Source: Eubacteriales bacterium
GTDB taxonomy: Bacteria; Bacillota; Clostridia; Oscillospirales; JAAYXM01
NCBI GenBank assembly: GCA_045540975.1
Contig: JAZQIE010000059.1
Location: 1 to 39,229 of the forward strand
Direction: 5' to 3'
Length of the DNA stretch: 39,229 bases
Below, one piece after another: positions 9,801-18,321 of the stretch. Position 1 is the stretch's first letter, and each line of letters begins with the position of its first letter. Below the pieces are notes generated by a model. That model saw only the letters and a list, made by a program, of their open reading frames with translations, made no database searches and was not told where the DNA came from. A program made the translations under genes and the position numbers.

Positions 9801-10088
9801 CCCGTCATACAAATGCGTGAGTTCTGCCTCTGTGAGAATCCCTTGCGAGAGCAGAAGATTGCGAATCCGCTCGTTGCGATGCTTGTGGCGGCGCAGACGA
9901 CGGCGCGCGCCACGAGCCTCACGGCGCGGAAGCGCCAAGGAAGCCCCGTTTTTCGGGTGCTCCGCCGAGGGGAAAATACGGGAACCCATATCGAGAATCC
10001 CGCAAGGATGCTCGGATTCGTCAAGGGCGACAGCCGCCCAACCAACAGAGGAAACGCCGATGTCAAGACCGATTGCATACGGATACAT
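6834..10088 (-). CDS. cas9: Type II-C Cas9, 1084 aa
   Basis: RuvC-I GLDIG, Arg-rich bridge helix, RuvC-II INIELARE, HNH EVDHIIPYS...NKVLV...EN..KGN, RuvC-III HHAVDA; catalytic residues appear intact; no csn2 or cas4. Confidence 0.98.
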   Translation of the reverse strand: MYPYAIGLDIGVSSVGWAAVALDESEHPCGILDMGSRIFPSAEHPKNGASLALPRREARGARRRLRRHKHRNERIRNLLLSQGILTEAELTHLYDGVLSDIYALRVRALDEEVSAQEFARILIHISQRRGFRSNRKSGVSKEDGELLSAVNENLERIKENGYRTVAELFLKDEIYRENKRNKGGKYISTVSRDMVADEVRAIFKSQRGFGSSFASEEIEAAYLEILLSQRSFDEGPGGESPYGGNQIENMVGKCTLEPEEMRAAKATYSFEYFNLLERINHIRLVTNTASIPLTAEQRAAIVSLAHKSANLTYAKLRKELGISEEFSFNMVHYTAEMTPEDAEKKEKFCYLKAYHEMRVAFDKLSKGHIATLSTAQKNAIGRALSLYKTEEKICDALKDSGLTAEEIACAISIGSFSKFGHLSVKACDKLIPHLEAGMNYNDACAAAGYDFKGHSGKERSTRLHLTDEDLESVTSPVVRRAISQTVKVLNAIVRERGSAPTFINIELAREMAKDFGERTKLRRDMESNRARNERALERIKTEFGKRNPTGLDLVKLKLFEEQGGVCAYSQKQMSLERIFDTDYAEVDHIIPYSISFDDSYKNKVLVLSKENRDKGNRLPMQYLSGEARDRFIVWVNACVRDFKKRRNLLKERITEEDRNKFKERNLQDTKTMSRFLLNYINDRLEFAPSDKRKKRVTAVNGAITSYIRKRWGISKVRANGDLHHAVDAVVIACTTDRMIQEISRYAALRECEYLQTEEGSFAVNSATGEVLRRFPYPWEWFRKELEARLTDDPARVLNDLKIPLYREVGFPAPLFVSRMPQRKVTGAAHKETIKSAKALSEGLAVVKRPLTDLKLKDGEIENYYMPESDRLLYEALLSRLIAFGGDAKKAFAEEFRKPKADGSPGPIVRKVKLTEPTTLNVKVHDGLGIADNGGMVRIDVFHVENDGYYFIPIYTADTLKAELPNKACTRGYAYADWKEMKEEDFLFSLYPNDLIRVTSSRMLKLTKAQPESDLPDCYETESEFLYYTGADIATASISTYTHDGAYRSRGLGIKTLANFEKYTVDVLGRYHKVSKEPRQRFVRK

Positions 10089-10122
10089 ACGAAAACCCCT
10101 TTCAGTTTTTGAATCTTCGAAG

Positions 10123-10221
10123 GAAAAGAGATAACGCCCCGCAGAAAGCGGGGCGTTAGTGCTCTGCGGTGTACTACCTTATCATAGTAACCTGCATAGT
10201 TCTTGGTATGGTATAAGAACT
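10123..10221 (-). ncRNA. tracrRNA
   Basis: Anti-repeat 10181-10216 (18-nt exact match, most other differences give G-U pairs), followed by an AAGG nexus-like start and terminal hairpin TAACGCCCCGC/GCGGGGCGTTA (10132-10158) with a U-rich tail; ends approximate. Confidence 0.9.
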
Positions 10222-10227
10222 ATGCTA

Positions 10228-10256
10228 AATATACCATAATTTCCCCGAAAAGTCAA
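10228..10256 (-). promoter_or_regulatory. tracrRNA (and possibly cas9) promoter
   Basis: Minus strand TTGACT-17 nt-TATATT with extended TGn motif. Confidence 0.75.
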
Positions 10257-10283
10257 CGGTTTTTGAACAATTCAAAGTATAAC

Positions 10284-10311
10284 AAAAAAACTGTCCGATA
10301 AAACGGACAGT
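10284..10311 (-). terminator. Terminator of the LacI/LuxR-type gene (also a TGTCC-N8-GGACA palindrome)
   Basis: ACTGTCCG-ataaaa-CGGACAGT followed by a T run on the minus strand, at the stop codon. Confidence 0.65.
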
Positions 10312-11351
10312 CAGTTTGTATACATCCCAAGCAGGGAAATCATCTGCTCGCGGTCGTGCGCGCCGCTCTCGGTCACAAGGCGCTTTATGTGGTACTTCAC
10401 ACTTCCCGATGAGAGGAAGCACGCCTCGGCAATCTGCTCGATGGTCTCGCCGCGGCGGAGCCCGTCGAGAATCCTCTGTTCGGTGGGGTCGGAAACCGAA
10501 AGCAGGCGTTCGGCAATCAGCATTTCCGCAAGCTCGGGGTCTTGGTAGAATCGGTCCTTCGCCTCAATCGGGGCGAGGGAGACCGCCTCCTTTGACGGTG
10601 TGCGCGCATCTTCAAAGGTCCACGCCACCTTGACCGTAAGCTCGGAAAACGAGGGGTGCTTGGCAAGGGTTTCGTAGAGATACACCGCGGCACGGCCGAA
10701 GCGGTCGAAATTCATACGGAGCGAGCGGATTTCGGGGTAGGCGTCCGAAATTTTAGACGCCGAGCAAGACACAACGGTCAGCCGCGCACGGTCCTCTTTC
10801 GAGAGCCGCCGCACCAAACTCACCGCGGCAAAGTCATTCGAGCAGATAACCGCGTCAAACACGTCCGTCTGCTCGGAAAATGCCGCATAGCACGCTTCCA
10901 GCGAGCCTTCATTCGGAAAAATCTGCAGCACGGTATCCTCGGTACGCCAAACGTACAGACTGTCCACACGCCCAAGGTCGGAAACCGAGTCGGTATTGAC
11001 GCCGTAGAGTGCGATGCGCTTCTTTCCCACACGGGTCAGACTCTCAAGCACCTCCTTCATCGAGGCGTTTAAGTCCGAACACACCGAACTGTAAATACAG
11101 CCGGGCAGCTGCTCGGCTTGGTTGCAGAGCAAAATCGGACGGTGTCCGCCCGCGTTTAAGCGCACCAAAACCGACTCGATCCACTCCCGTTCCGCGGCGA
11201 TGACGAACACGCCGTCAAGGTCGGGCGGGCAGACCGAATCAGGCTCGCAAAACGCGATGCGCTTGTCCTTGAGCGCACGCACAAGGCTCTCGTATAAATG
11301 CATCCCCCAAAGGCTGCTTGCGAAATTGGGATCGCGCAAAATTCCAACCAT
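10311..11351 (-). CDS. Regulator with LacI-type sugar-binding domain and C-terminal LuxR-type HTH
   Basis: GKKRIALYG, DAVICSNDFAA (PBP/LacI-like); C-terminal EQRILDGL..GETIEQIAEACFLS.GSVKYHI; ATG 11351 with AGGTGA RBS. Confidence 0.75.
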   Translation of the reverse strand: MVGILRDPNFASSLWGMHLYESLVRALKDKRIAFCEPDSVCPPDLDGVFVIAAEREWIESVLVRLNAGGHRPILLCNQAEQLPGCIYSSVCSDLNASMKEVLESLTRVGKKRIALYGVNTDSVSDLGRVDSLYVWRTEDTVLQIFPNEGSLEACYAAFSEQTDVFDAVICSNDFAAVSLVRRLSKEDRARLTVVSCSASKISDAYPEIRSLRMNFDRFGRAAVYLYETLAKHPSFSELTVKVAWTFEDARTPSKEAVSLAPIEAKDRFYQDPELAEMLIAERLLSVSDPTEQRILDGLRRGETIEQIAEACFLSSGSVKYHIKRLVTESGAHDREQMISLLGMYTN

Positions 11352-11370
11352 GCTATCACCTACTATGCCT

Positions 11371-11465
11371 ATTATACCGCATTCGCAAGCGCACCGCAAT
11401 CAAAAAAATCCGTATTTTTTCACACGTTTTTTTGCCTTGCCGAAGGGGGATTTCCCCGCTATAAT
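11371..11465. promoter_or_regulatory. Divergent sigma-A promoters
   Basis: Minus: TTGCGG-17-TATAAT (11399-11371). Plus: TTGCCG-17-TATAAT (11437-11465). Confidence 0.7.
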
Positions 11466-11499
11466 AAAACCGTATTACAATTAAAAGGAGAAATTTGTC

Positions 11500-14400
11500 A
11501 TGAGCGTTTCTGCCGAAAAAACAAAACAAATCATTCCGACTTATCTTCCCAAGCCCGCAAATGACCTTCCCATGTTCTTCGAGAACAAGCCGTATCAGGG
11601 CGCATCGGGAAGACTCTATCCGATTCCGTATTCGGATGGCATCACCGATGAAAAGCGGGATGTGGAATACACCGTATACAATCTGGAAAACGAATACGTC
11701 AAAACTCAGGTGCTGCCCGAAATCGGCGGCAAAATCCTGCGTGGCTACGACAAGGTCGGCGCGCATGACTTTATCTATTACAACGAGGTGGTAAAGCCCG
11801 CGCTGGTCGGTCTTGCGGGCGCATGGATTTCGGGCGGTATCGAATTCAACTGGCCGCAGCACCATCGCCCCACCACCTATATGCCGCTGGAAGCGGTCAT
11901 CGAGGAAAACGAAGACGGCGGAAAAACCGTCTGGACGGGTGAAGTCGAGCCGTTTGGCAGAATGAAGGGTATGGCAGGCATCACACTCGATGAGGGCAGA
12001 AGCTACATCAAGGCAAAGGTGCGCGTGTATAACCGTACCGCAATGCCGCAGCTTTTCATGTGGTGGGCAAACCTCGCGGTCCCGGTCAACAACGACTACC
12101 GCACCATCTTCCCGCCCGACTGTGAATGGGTCAATGACCACGACCGCCGCGCGGTCATGTCCTGGCCGATTGCAAAGGGTGTGTACAAAACCGCACGTCC
12201 CTATGATTTCGGGGAAGGTACCGACCTGTCCCATTACGATGCGGTCAAGGTCCCGTCCTCTTACCTGATTTCTCAGGGTCAGACCGATATGGACTTCATC
12301 GCAGGCTATGACGTGGGCATCAAGAAGGGTATCGCAACCGTCGCAAACCATCACATCTCCCCGGGTAAGAAGATGTGGCACTGGGGCATCGGTGACTTCG
12401 GTGATATGTGGTGCAACAACTTAACCGACGAAAACGGCCCGTATATCGAGCTGATGACCGGTGTTTATACCGACAACCAGCCCGACTTTACCTGGATTGC
12501 GCCGTATGAATCCCGTGAATTTGAGCAGTATTGGTACCCGATTCGTGACATCGGTGAGGTGAAAAACGCCACCATTGATGCGGCAATGAATTTAGAGCCG
12601 CGCGAGGGCGGAATCTTCTTCGGCTTTAACGTGACGGGCAAGTTTGAAAACGCGACCGTGCGCGTCGCCGCCAAGGACAAGGTCCTCTTTACCGAGACCT
12701 GCACCATGACCCCCGACGTTTCCTATATGAAGACGCTCGATACCGATGCAGCCTTTGAAGACATCACGGTCTCGCTCATGAGTGCGGAGGGCAAGCTGCT
12801 GGTTTCCTACACCCCGTACGTCCGCGGTCAGAAGACCCCGATTGAGCCGAGACTTCCGGTCAAGCGCCCCTCGGAGATTGAAACCGTGGAAGAACTCTAC
12901 ATCAACGGCTACCATCTCGAACAGTACAAGCAGCATAACTACCGCCCCGAGGATTATTACATGGAAGGCATCCGCCGTGACGCGGGCGACATCCGCTGCA
13001 ACACCTCCATGGCGCGCCTCTCCTTCAAAAACGGACGCTTTGAAGACTGTGTCCGCTTCTGTGATGTGGCAATCCGCCGTCTGACCTCCCGCAACGAGCA
13101 TCCGACCGACACCGAGGCATTCTACTTAAAAGGTCTCGCACTTTCCTACCTCGGGGAAGAGAAGGAGGCATACGACATCCTCTACAAAGCGGCTTGGAAC
13201 TATGCGCACAGAAGTGCCGCCATGTTCGAGCTTGCCTGCATGGATGCGAAAAACGGCGAATATACGGAAGCACTCCGCAAGCTGGATGAATCCTTGGGCC
13301 TCAACTACGGTCATACCAAAGCGCAGAACCTCAAAAATGCAATCCTGCGCAAACTCGGATGTGTGAAAAAGAGCGAGAGCGACGATAAGCTCGACCTCTT
13401 TGCAATGATTGAAAACTCCCATGTGGAGGATACCTCCGCGCTGATTTCCCAATTTGCGGTGAAGGCGGAAAACATCCTCGACGTGGTGCGCGACTATATG
13501 CAGGCAGGACTTTTTGAGGATGCCCTCTACGCGCTGGACTTCTTTAAGGGCGAGTCTCCGCTGGTCGAGTACTACCGTGCATACCTCACGGGTGATGACA
13601 GCTTCATCAAGACCGCAGAGGGTATGGACAGCGGCTACTGCTTCCCGTCAAGCTTAGACGACATCGCGGTGCTGAAGGCGGCAATCGCGCGCGACAACAC
13701 CGCGGCAAACGCGTGCTACTATCTGGGCAGCCTCTATTACGACCGCTTCCGCTATGAAGAAGCGGCGGAAATCTGGAACGAAGGCATCCGCCGTGACAGA
13801 ACCCACGGCAAGATTTGGCGCAACCTCTCGCTCTACTACTTCGACAAAGCGGGGGATGCAGCCACCGCGAAGGCGTGCATGGAAAATGCGCTCAAATACA
13901 AGCACGATCCGCGCCTCCTCCTCGAGTATCAGCAGCTTCTTAAAAACATGAACTACACTCCGGAGGAGCGCCTCAAAGTTTATGACGAATACCCCGACCT
14001 GCTTGCGGAACGCGATGACTGTTACCTCGACCGCCTCACCCTGATTTCCCAGACGGGTGACTTTAAGCGCGCAATCGACCTTGCAAAGGCAAAGCGCTTC
14101 CATATCTATGAGGGCGGCGAAGGAAAACTCACCAAGCAGCATGCTTGGATGCACGTGCTGTACGGCAACGTGCTTGCGGCTGAGGGCAAAACCGATGCGG
14201 CAAGAAATGCGTATCTGGACGGCGTGAATATGCCGAAATCCTACGGCGAGGCGAAGACCTTCTTCAATCAGGAAGCGCATATCTTCTACTTCCTCGGGAA
14301 ACTCTGCGAAACCCTCGGTGAGGATGCAAGCGTGGCATACGAAGAAGCCGCAATCTACAAAGCCGCGGTCAGCGAACTCTCCCTCTTCCGCGCACTCGCA

Positions 14401-14703
14401 CTCCAAAAACTCGGAAAAGTCGAGGAGGCAAATGCGGTGCTTGATGAAATGCTTTCGGTCGCGGAAAACTTCCTTGTAAATTCGGACCTCCGCACCTATT
14501 ACGGTGTCGGCTCTCCGTCTCCCATGCCGTTTGAGTATGACATTGTCAAAAACAACACCACCGACGGCGCAATCTTAAAGGCATTCGCACTCCTCGGTTA
14601 CGGCAAGACCGCGGACGCCGAGGCAACCATCCGAGTTGCACGCGAATACAACCCCTATGACTTCCGCATCTTCGCGTTTGACTCGGTCAAGGGGAGCTTG
14701 TAA
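11500..14703 (+). CDS. DUF5107-domain protein with TPR repeats
   Basis: LENEY...VLPEIGGKI, GAWISGGIEFNWPQHH, GKKMWHWG, YIELMTG; TPR-like helical C-terminal half; AAAGGAG RBS. Confidence 0.85.
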   Translation: MSVSAEKTKQIIPTYLPKPANDLPMFFENKPYQGASGRLYPIPYSDGITDEKRDVEYTVYNLENEYVKTQVLPEIGGKILRGYDKVGAHDFIYYNEVVKPALVGLAGAWISGGIEFNWPQHHRPTTYMPLEAVIEENEDGGKTVWTGEVEPFGRMKGMAGITLDEGRSYIKAKVRVYNRTAMPQLFMWWANLAVPVNNDYRTIFPPDCEWVNDHDRRAVMSWPIAKGVYKTARPYDFGEGTDLSHYDAVKVPSSYLISQGQTDMDFIAGYDVGIKKGIATVANHHISPGKKMWHWGIGDFGDMWCNNLTDENGPYIELMTGVYTDNQPDFTWIAPYESREFEQYWYPIRDIGEVKNATIDAAMNLEPREGGIFFGFNVTGKFENATVRVAAKDKVLFTETCTMTPDVSYMKTLDTDAAFEDITVSLMSAEGKLLVSYTPYVRGQKTPIEPRLPVKRPSEIETVEELYINGYHLEQYKQHNYRPEDYYMEGIRRDAGDIRCNTSMARLSFKNGRFEDCVRFCDVAIRRLTSRNEHPTDTEAFYLKGLALSYLGEEKEAYDILYKAAWNYAHRSAAMFELACMDAKNGEYTEALRKLDESLGLNYGHTKAQNLKNAILRKLGCVKKSESDDKLDLFAMIENSHVEDTSALISQFAVKAENILDVVRDYMQAGLFEDALYALDFFKGESPLVEYYRAYLTGDDSFIKTAEGMDSGYCFPSSLDDIAVLKAAIARDNTAANACYYLGSLYYDRFRYEEAAEIWNEGIRRDRTHGKIWRNLSLYYFDKAGDAATAKACMENALKYKHDPRLLLEYQQLLKNMNYTPEERLKVYDEYPDLLAERDDCYLDRLTLISQTGDFKRAIDLAKAKRFHIYEGGEGKLTKQHAWMHVLYGNVLAAEGKTDAARNAYLDGVNMPKSYGEAKTFFNQEAHIFYFLGKLCETLGEDASVAYEEAAIYKAAVSELSLFRALALQKLGKVEEANAVLDEMLSVAENFLVNSDLRTYYGVGSPSPMPFEYDIVKNNTTDGAILKAFALLGYGKTADAEATIRVAREYNPYDFRIFAFDSVKGSL

Positions 14704-15539
14704 TGATTCTGTATACCATAAAAAGCGGGGAGTGGTGCGCGCAGGTCGCACCCGAGTTTGGCGGCAACGTGGTAAAACTCACCCATCGCGGTAAGGACGT
14801 GTTTGTGCCGCTTGTCACCCCCGACCGCTTGGATATCGATCCGTACTTGCAGGGCGCACCCATCCTGCTCCCCGCAAACCGCACCCGTGATGCGCGCTTC
14901 ACCTTCGAGGGCGAGGAGTACCACCTCCTCAAAAACGAGAAATTAAACGGCGCGCACCTGCACGGACTTGTCCACACCAAGGAATTTTCGGTATTGAGCC
15001 ATAGCGAAAACTCCATCACCCTCGCCTTTGAAAACAAAGGCGAGGTTTACCCCTTTCCGTTTGTTTTGACGGTGGAGTATTCGTTTGACGGCGGCTTTGT
15101 GCAGACCTACCGCATCCGAAACAGCGGAAGCGGACGGATGCCCGTCACCTTCGCGCTCCACACCACATTTGTCGAGCCCGACCGCTTCACCGTCCCGATT
15201 GACGCGTGTCAGGAAAAGGACGAAGTGCATATCCCGACAGGGCGCTATGTCCCCCTTTCACCGCAGGAGCAAGGATATGCAAAGGGGAGTGCCTCCAAGG
15301 GGAAAATCATCTCGGGGTACTACCGCGCGTGCGGAAACGTGGCAACCGTGGGGAAATACACCTACACCGCAAGCGAGGAGTTTGACCATTGGGTGCTCTT
15401 CAATGCCCGCGGGGAGCGAGGGCTTCTCTGTGTCGAGCCGCAATGCGGCGCGGTGGATGGGCTCAATAACGGCGCCTGCCGTGTCATCGAGTCGGGCGAG
15501 ACCCTCACCTTACAGACACGCCTTGACGAAACAAAATAA
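14703..15539 (+). CDS. Aldose 1-epimerase (galactose mutarotase-like)
   Basis: GAPILLPANR, HLHGLV, YPFPF, ALHTTF, LCVEPQ; TAATG overlap with the upstream gene. Confidence 0.88.
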   Translation: MILYTIKSGEWCAQVAPEFGGNVVKLTHRGKDVFVPLVTPDRLDIDPYLQGAPILLPANRTRDARFTFEGEEYHLLKNEKLNGAHLHGLVHTKEFSVLSHSENSITLAFENKGEVYPFPFVLTVEYSFDGGFVQTYRIRNSGSGRMPVTFALHTTFVEPDRFTVPIDACQEKDEVHIPTGRYVPLSPQEQGYAKGSASKGKIISGYYRACGNVATVGKYTYTASEEFDHWVLFNARGERGLLCVEPQCGAVDGLNNGACRVIESGETLTLQTRLDETK

Positions 15540-15572
15540 ATACGATATGCTAAATTAAAGGAGGGAATCTCT

Positions 15573-16664
15573 ATGGTATGGACAAAAGAAAGAGCCTGGG
15601 AGTGGTATAACGCGCGCCCGTGGATGCGCGGCTGCAACTTCATGGGAAGTGACTGCGCAAACCGTATCGACCAGTGGCAGTCGCTCCATTGGGAGGAGCA
15701 TCTGGAGACCGCGGACCGCGAGCTCGCGCTTTGCGCGGAGACCGGGTTTAACACCATCCGCATCATTCTGGAATACACGGTTTGGGAAGAAGAGCATGAC
15801 ACCTTCTTTGACCGCTTTGACGAATACCTCGACACCGCGGCAAAATACGGCATCTCCGCCATCGTGGTGTTGGGCAACGACTGTATGCCGCCGCTTTCCC
15901 CCGAGTGGAGAAAGCCCGCTCTCGGCGAGCAGCATTACGATTGGGGCTACCACGGAGGCAGACGTGTCTCTCAGCACGGCACCTTCTCCACGGTCGGCTA
16001 TCATCTCATGGACGAGCCCGAACTCGCACTGCGCCATTACGAAATGGTGCGCGAGGTGGTCGAGCGTTATAAAAACGATGAGCGCATCTCGGTTTGGGAT
16101 GTGTACAACGAGGTGGGAAACAGCAACCGCGGGGATCTCACCATGCCGCATTTGGTCAAATTCTTTGAAATCATCCGTGAGATTGACCCCATCCAGCCGC
16201 TGACCTGCTGTCTGTGGAGCTTTGAGGGTTTGGATTCGCTCGAAAACCTTCCGCCGCTGCAGAAATACGCGATGGAACACTCGGATTTGATTTCTTATCA
16301 TAACTATAACTCCTATCAGGAGAACATCCGCATCATCGCAATGCTCAAAGAACTGGGCAGACCCATCTTGAACACCGAGTGGCTTGCACGCTGTATGCAC
16401 AATAACGTGCAGGAGATGTATCCGCTCTTCTACCTTGAAAAAATCGGATGCACCTGCTGGGGCTTTGTCGCAGGCAAGTACCAGACCTATGAGCCGTGGA
16501 ACAATATTTGGGACAAATACGAAGCCGACCCCACACTCGATTGGGACTTCACCAAATGGTTCCATGACCTCTACCGCCCCGCACTCCGCCCCTACGACCC
16601 CAAGGAAATCGAACTCATCAAAACATTCTCCGCATACGCGGACGCCGACTTCAAAAAACAGTAA
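15573..16664 (+). CDS. Glycoside hydrolase, GH5 / clan GH-A
   Basis: GFNTIRI, WDVYNE (acid/base), SYHNY, PILNTEWLAR (nucleophile), WG; no signal peptide. Confidence 0.82.
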   Translation: MVWTKERAWEWYNARPWMRGCNFMGSDCANRIDQWQSLHWEEHLETADRELALCAETGFNTIRIILEYTVWEEEHDTFFDRFDEYLDTAAKYGISAIVVLGNDCMPPLSPEWRKPALGEQHYDWGYHGGRRVSQHGTFSTVGYHLMDEPELALRHYEMVREVVERYKNDERISVWDVYNEVGNSNRGDLTMPHLVKFFEIIREIDPIQPLTCCLWSFEGLDSLENLPPLQKYAMEHSDLISYHNYNSYQENIRIIAMLKELGRPILNTEWLARCMHNNVQEMYPLFYLEKIGCTCWGFVAGKYQTYEPWNNIWDKYEADPTLDWDFTKWFHDLYRPALRPYDPKEIELIKTFSAYADADFKKQ

Positions 16665-16665
16665 G

Positions 16666-16700
16666 AAAAAACGGCACCGATTGAAATCGGTGTCGTTTTG
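16666..16700 (+). terminator. Intrinsic terminator
   Basis: AAAACGGCACCGATT-ga-AATCGGTGTCGTTTT. Confidence 0.75.
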
Positions 16701-16740
16701 TGTTAAACTAAAACCATCCTATCCGAAAAGAGGGAATCCA

Positions 16741-17109
16741 TTGCACTACTTAAAACAATTCGGAATCATCCTTGCGGTTTCGTTTGCGGGTGAGATTTTA
16801 AACCACCTCATCCCGCTTCCGATTCCCGCCTCCATCTATGGCATCATCCTGCTCTTTTTCGCCCTGCAGTTTCGCATTGTCAAACTCGAATGGGTGCGGG
16901 ATGCGGGAAAATTTTTAATTGAAATCATGCCCGTCATGTTCATTCCCGCCGCGGTCGGGCTGATGGATTCGTGGGAGGTTTTGCGCCCCGCGCTCATCCC
17001 CTATGTCTCCATCCTGGTCCTCACCACCGTCATCGTCATGGCGGCATCGGGCTCTGCCACGCAGGCGGTCATCCGCTTAAAAGAGAAGGGGGGCAAGAAG
17101 CATGACTGA
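16741..17109 (+). CDS. CidA/LrgA family holin-like membrane protein
   Basis: YLKQFGIIL..SFAGE...IPLPIPASIYG, MPVMFIPAAVGLM; TTG start at 16741 with AGAGGGA RBS. Confidence 0.88.
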   Translation: MHYLKQFGIILAVSFAGEILNHLIPLPIPASIYGIILLFFALQFRIVKLEWVRDAGKFLIEIMPVMFIPAAVGLMDSWEVLRPALIPYVSILVLTTVIVMAASGSATQAVIRLKEKGGKKHD

Positions 17110-17794
17110 GTTCTTCCAAAACACCGTGTTTTTCGGAAGTCTTGTGAGCCTCGCGTTTTACGGGGTGGGTGTCCTCCTCAAAAAGAAACTGAAGCTTGCC
17201 GTCTTCAATCCGCTTCTGGTCGCAATCGTCCTCACCGTAGCCTTTCTTTTGGTGTTTCGAGTTGATTTTGAAACCTACAACGCGAGCGCGAAGTATTTAA
17301 GCTTCCTGCTCACCCCCGCAACCGTCGCCCTCGCAATCCCACTCTATGAGCAGTTTGAAAAACTCAAGGAAAACGTGGCGGCAATCACGGTCGGCATCGT
17401 CACGGGCGCGCTCACGAGTATGACAAGCGTGCTCATCCTCTGTAAACTCTTCGGTCTGGGTCACGCCGAGTACGTCACCCTGCTTCCCAAATCCATCACC
17501 ACCGCAATCGGCATGGGTGTCTCCGAGGAGCTTGGCGGCTATGTCTCCATCACGGTCGCGGTCATCATCGTAACCGGTATCGTGGGAAACATCCTCGCGG
17601 TCGGCGTGTGCCGTCTCTTCCGCATCACACATCCGGTCGCAAAGGGGATTGGAATCGGCTCCTCCTCCCACGCCATCGGCACCACCAAAGCCATGGAGCT
17701 TGGCGAGGTGGAGGGCGCAATGAGTGGTCTCTCCATCGCTCTCTCGGGCATTCTCACCGTCCTGCTCGCAGGCATATTTGCAAACTTTATGTAA
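17102..17794 (+). CDS. LrgB/CidB family membrane protein
   Basis: FNPLL, LLTPATVALAIPLY, LPKSITTAIG, SHAIGT. Confidence 0.92.
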   Translation: MTEFFQNTVFFGSLVSLAFYGVGVLLKKKLKLAVFNPLLVAIVLTVAFLLVFRVDFETYNASAKYLSFLLTPATVALAIPLYEQFEKLKENVAAITVGIVTGALTSMTSVLILCKLFGLGHAEYVTLLPKSITTAIGMGVSEELGGYVSITVAVIIVTGIVGNILAVGVCRLFRITHPVAKGIGIGSSSHAIGTTKAMELGEVEGAMSGLSIALSGILTVLLAGIFANFM

Positions 17795-17797
17795 AGG

Positions 17798-17826
17798 AAA
17801 AGACCAACCGTTCGGTTGGTCTTTTA
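17798..17826. terminator. Bidirectional terminator between convergent genes
   Basis: AAAAGACCAACCG-tt-CGGTTGGTCTTTT. Confidence 0.85.
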
Positions 17827-18321
17827 CAATATCATCTCACATTTGCTTTGAATCTCAAATTCCTTGAAATATTCCTCCTCCATGGGAATCCATTTTGTGA
17901 AGAAATCCTCTGCATTCGGGCGGTTTAGAATCCGTTTCCTCTGCACGTCTTTCTCCACCGTGAGAAAGAGCGAATGGGTGTAAAACCGCTGAAAATCGGG
18001 GTGCATGGAATACGCGCCCTCCACAACCGCAAGCGGGGTGGGGGAGATGCGAATCGGGGCGCGGAAGGTCTGCGTTTTGCAGTCAAAGGCGATATAGTCA
18101 AACGCCTCGCCTTTGGAAAGCGGGAGGAGTACCTCGCGTAAAAACCGCGCACGGTCGATATTCCCGTCGCCGCGCCTTGCCTCAAACGGCAGGAAAAAGT
18201 CATCCATATGCACCACCGCGCAGCCGAAACAAGTGGCAAGCTCCTGCGCGAGTGTGGTCTTGCCCGACGCGCTTCCACCCTCAATCGCGAGGATGCCGCG
18301 CATCGATTCAAACCGTGTCAT
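17824..18321 (-). CDS. Uridine-kinase-like P-loop kinase
   Basis: AIEGGSASGKTT, HMDDFF, VEGAYS. Confidence 0.78.
   Translation of the reverse strand: MTRFESMRGILAIEGGSASGKTTLAQELATCFGCAVVHMDDFFLPFEARRGDGNIDRARFLREVLLPLSKGEAFDYIAFDCKTQTFRAPIRISPTPLAVVEGAYSMHPDFQRFYTHSLFLTVEKDVQRKRILNRPNAEDFFTKWIPMEEEYFKEFEIQSKCEMIL

Noticed and set aside
6834-10088. Nuclease-dead Cas9 repurposed as a regulator, or CRISPR-associated transposon
   Set aside because: RuvC and HNH catalytic residues are present and no Tn7-like genes are nearby.
16741-17794. cidA/lrgB as a prophage lysis cassette
   Set aside because: A common chromosomal pair, with no phage genes nearby.
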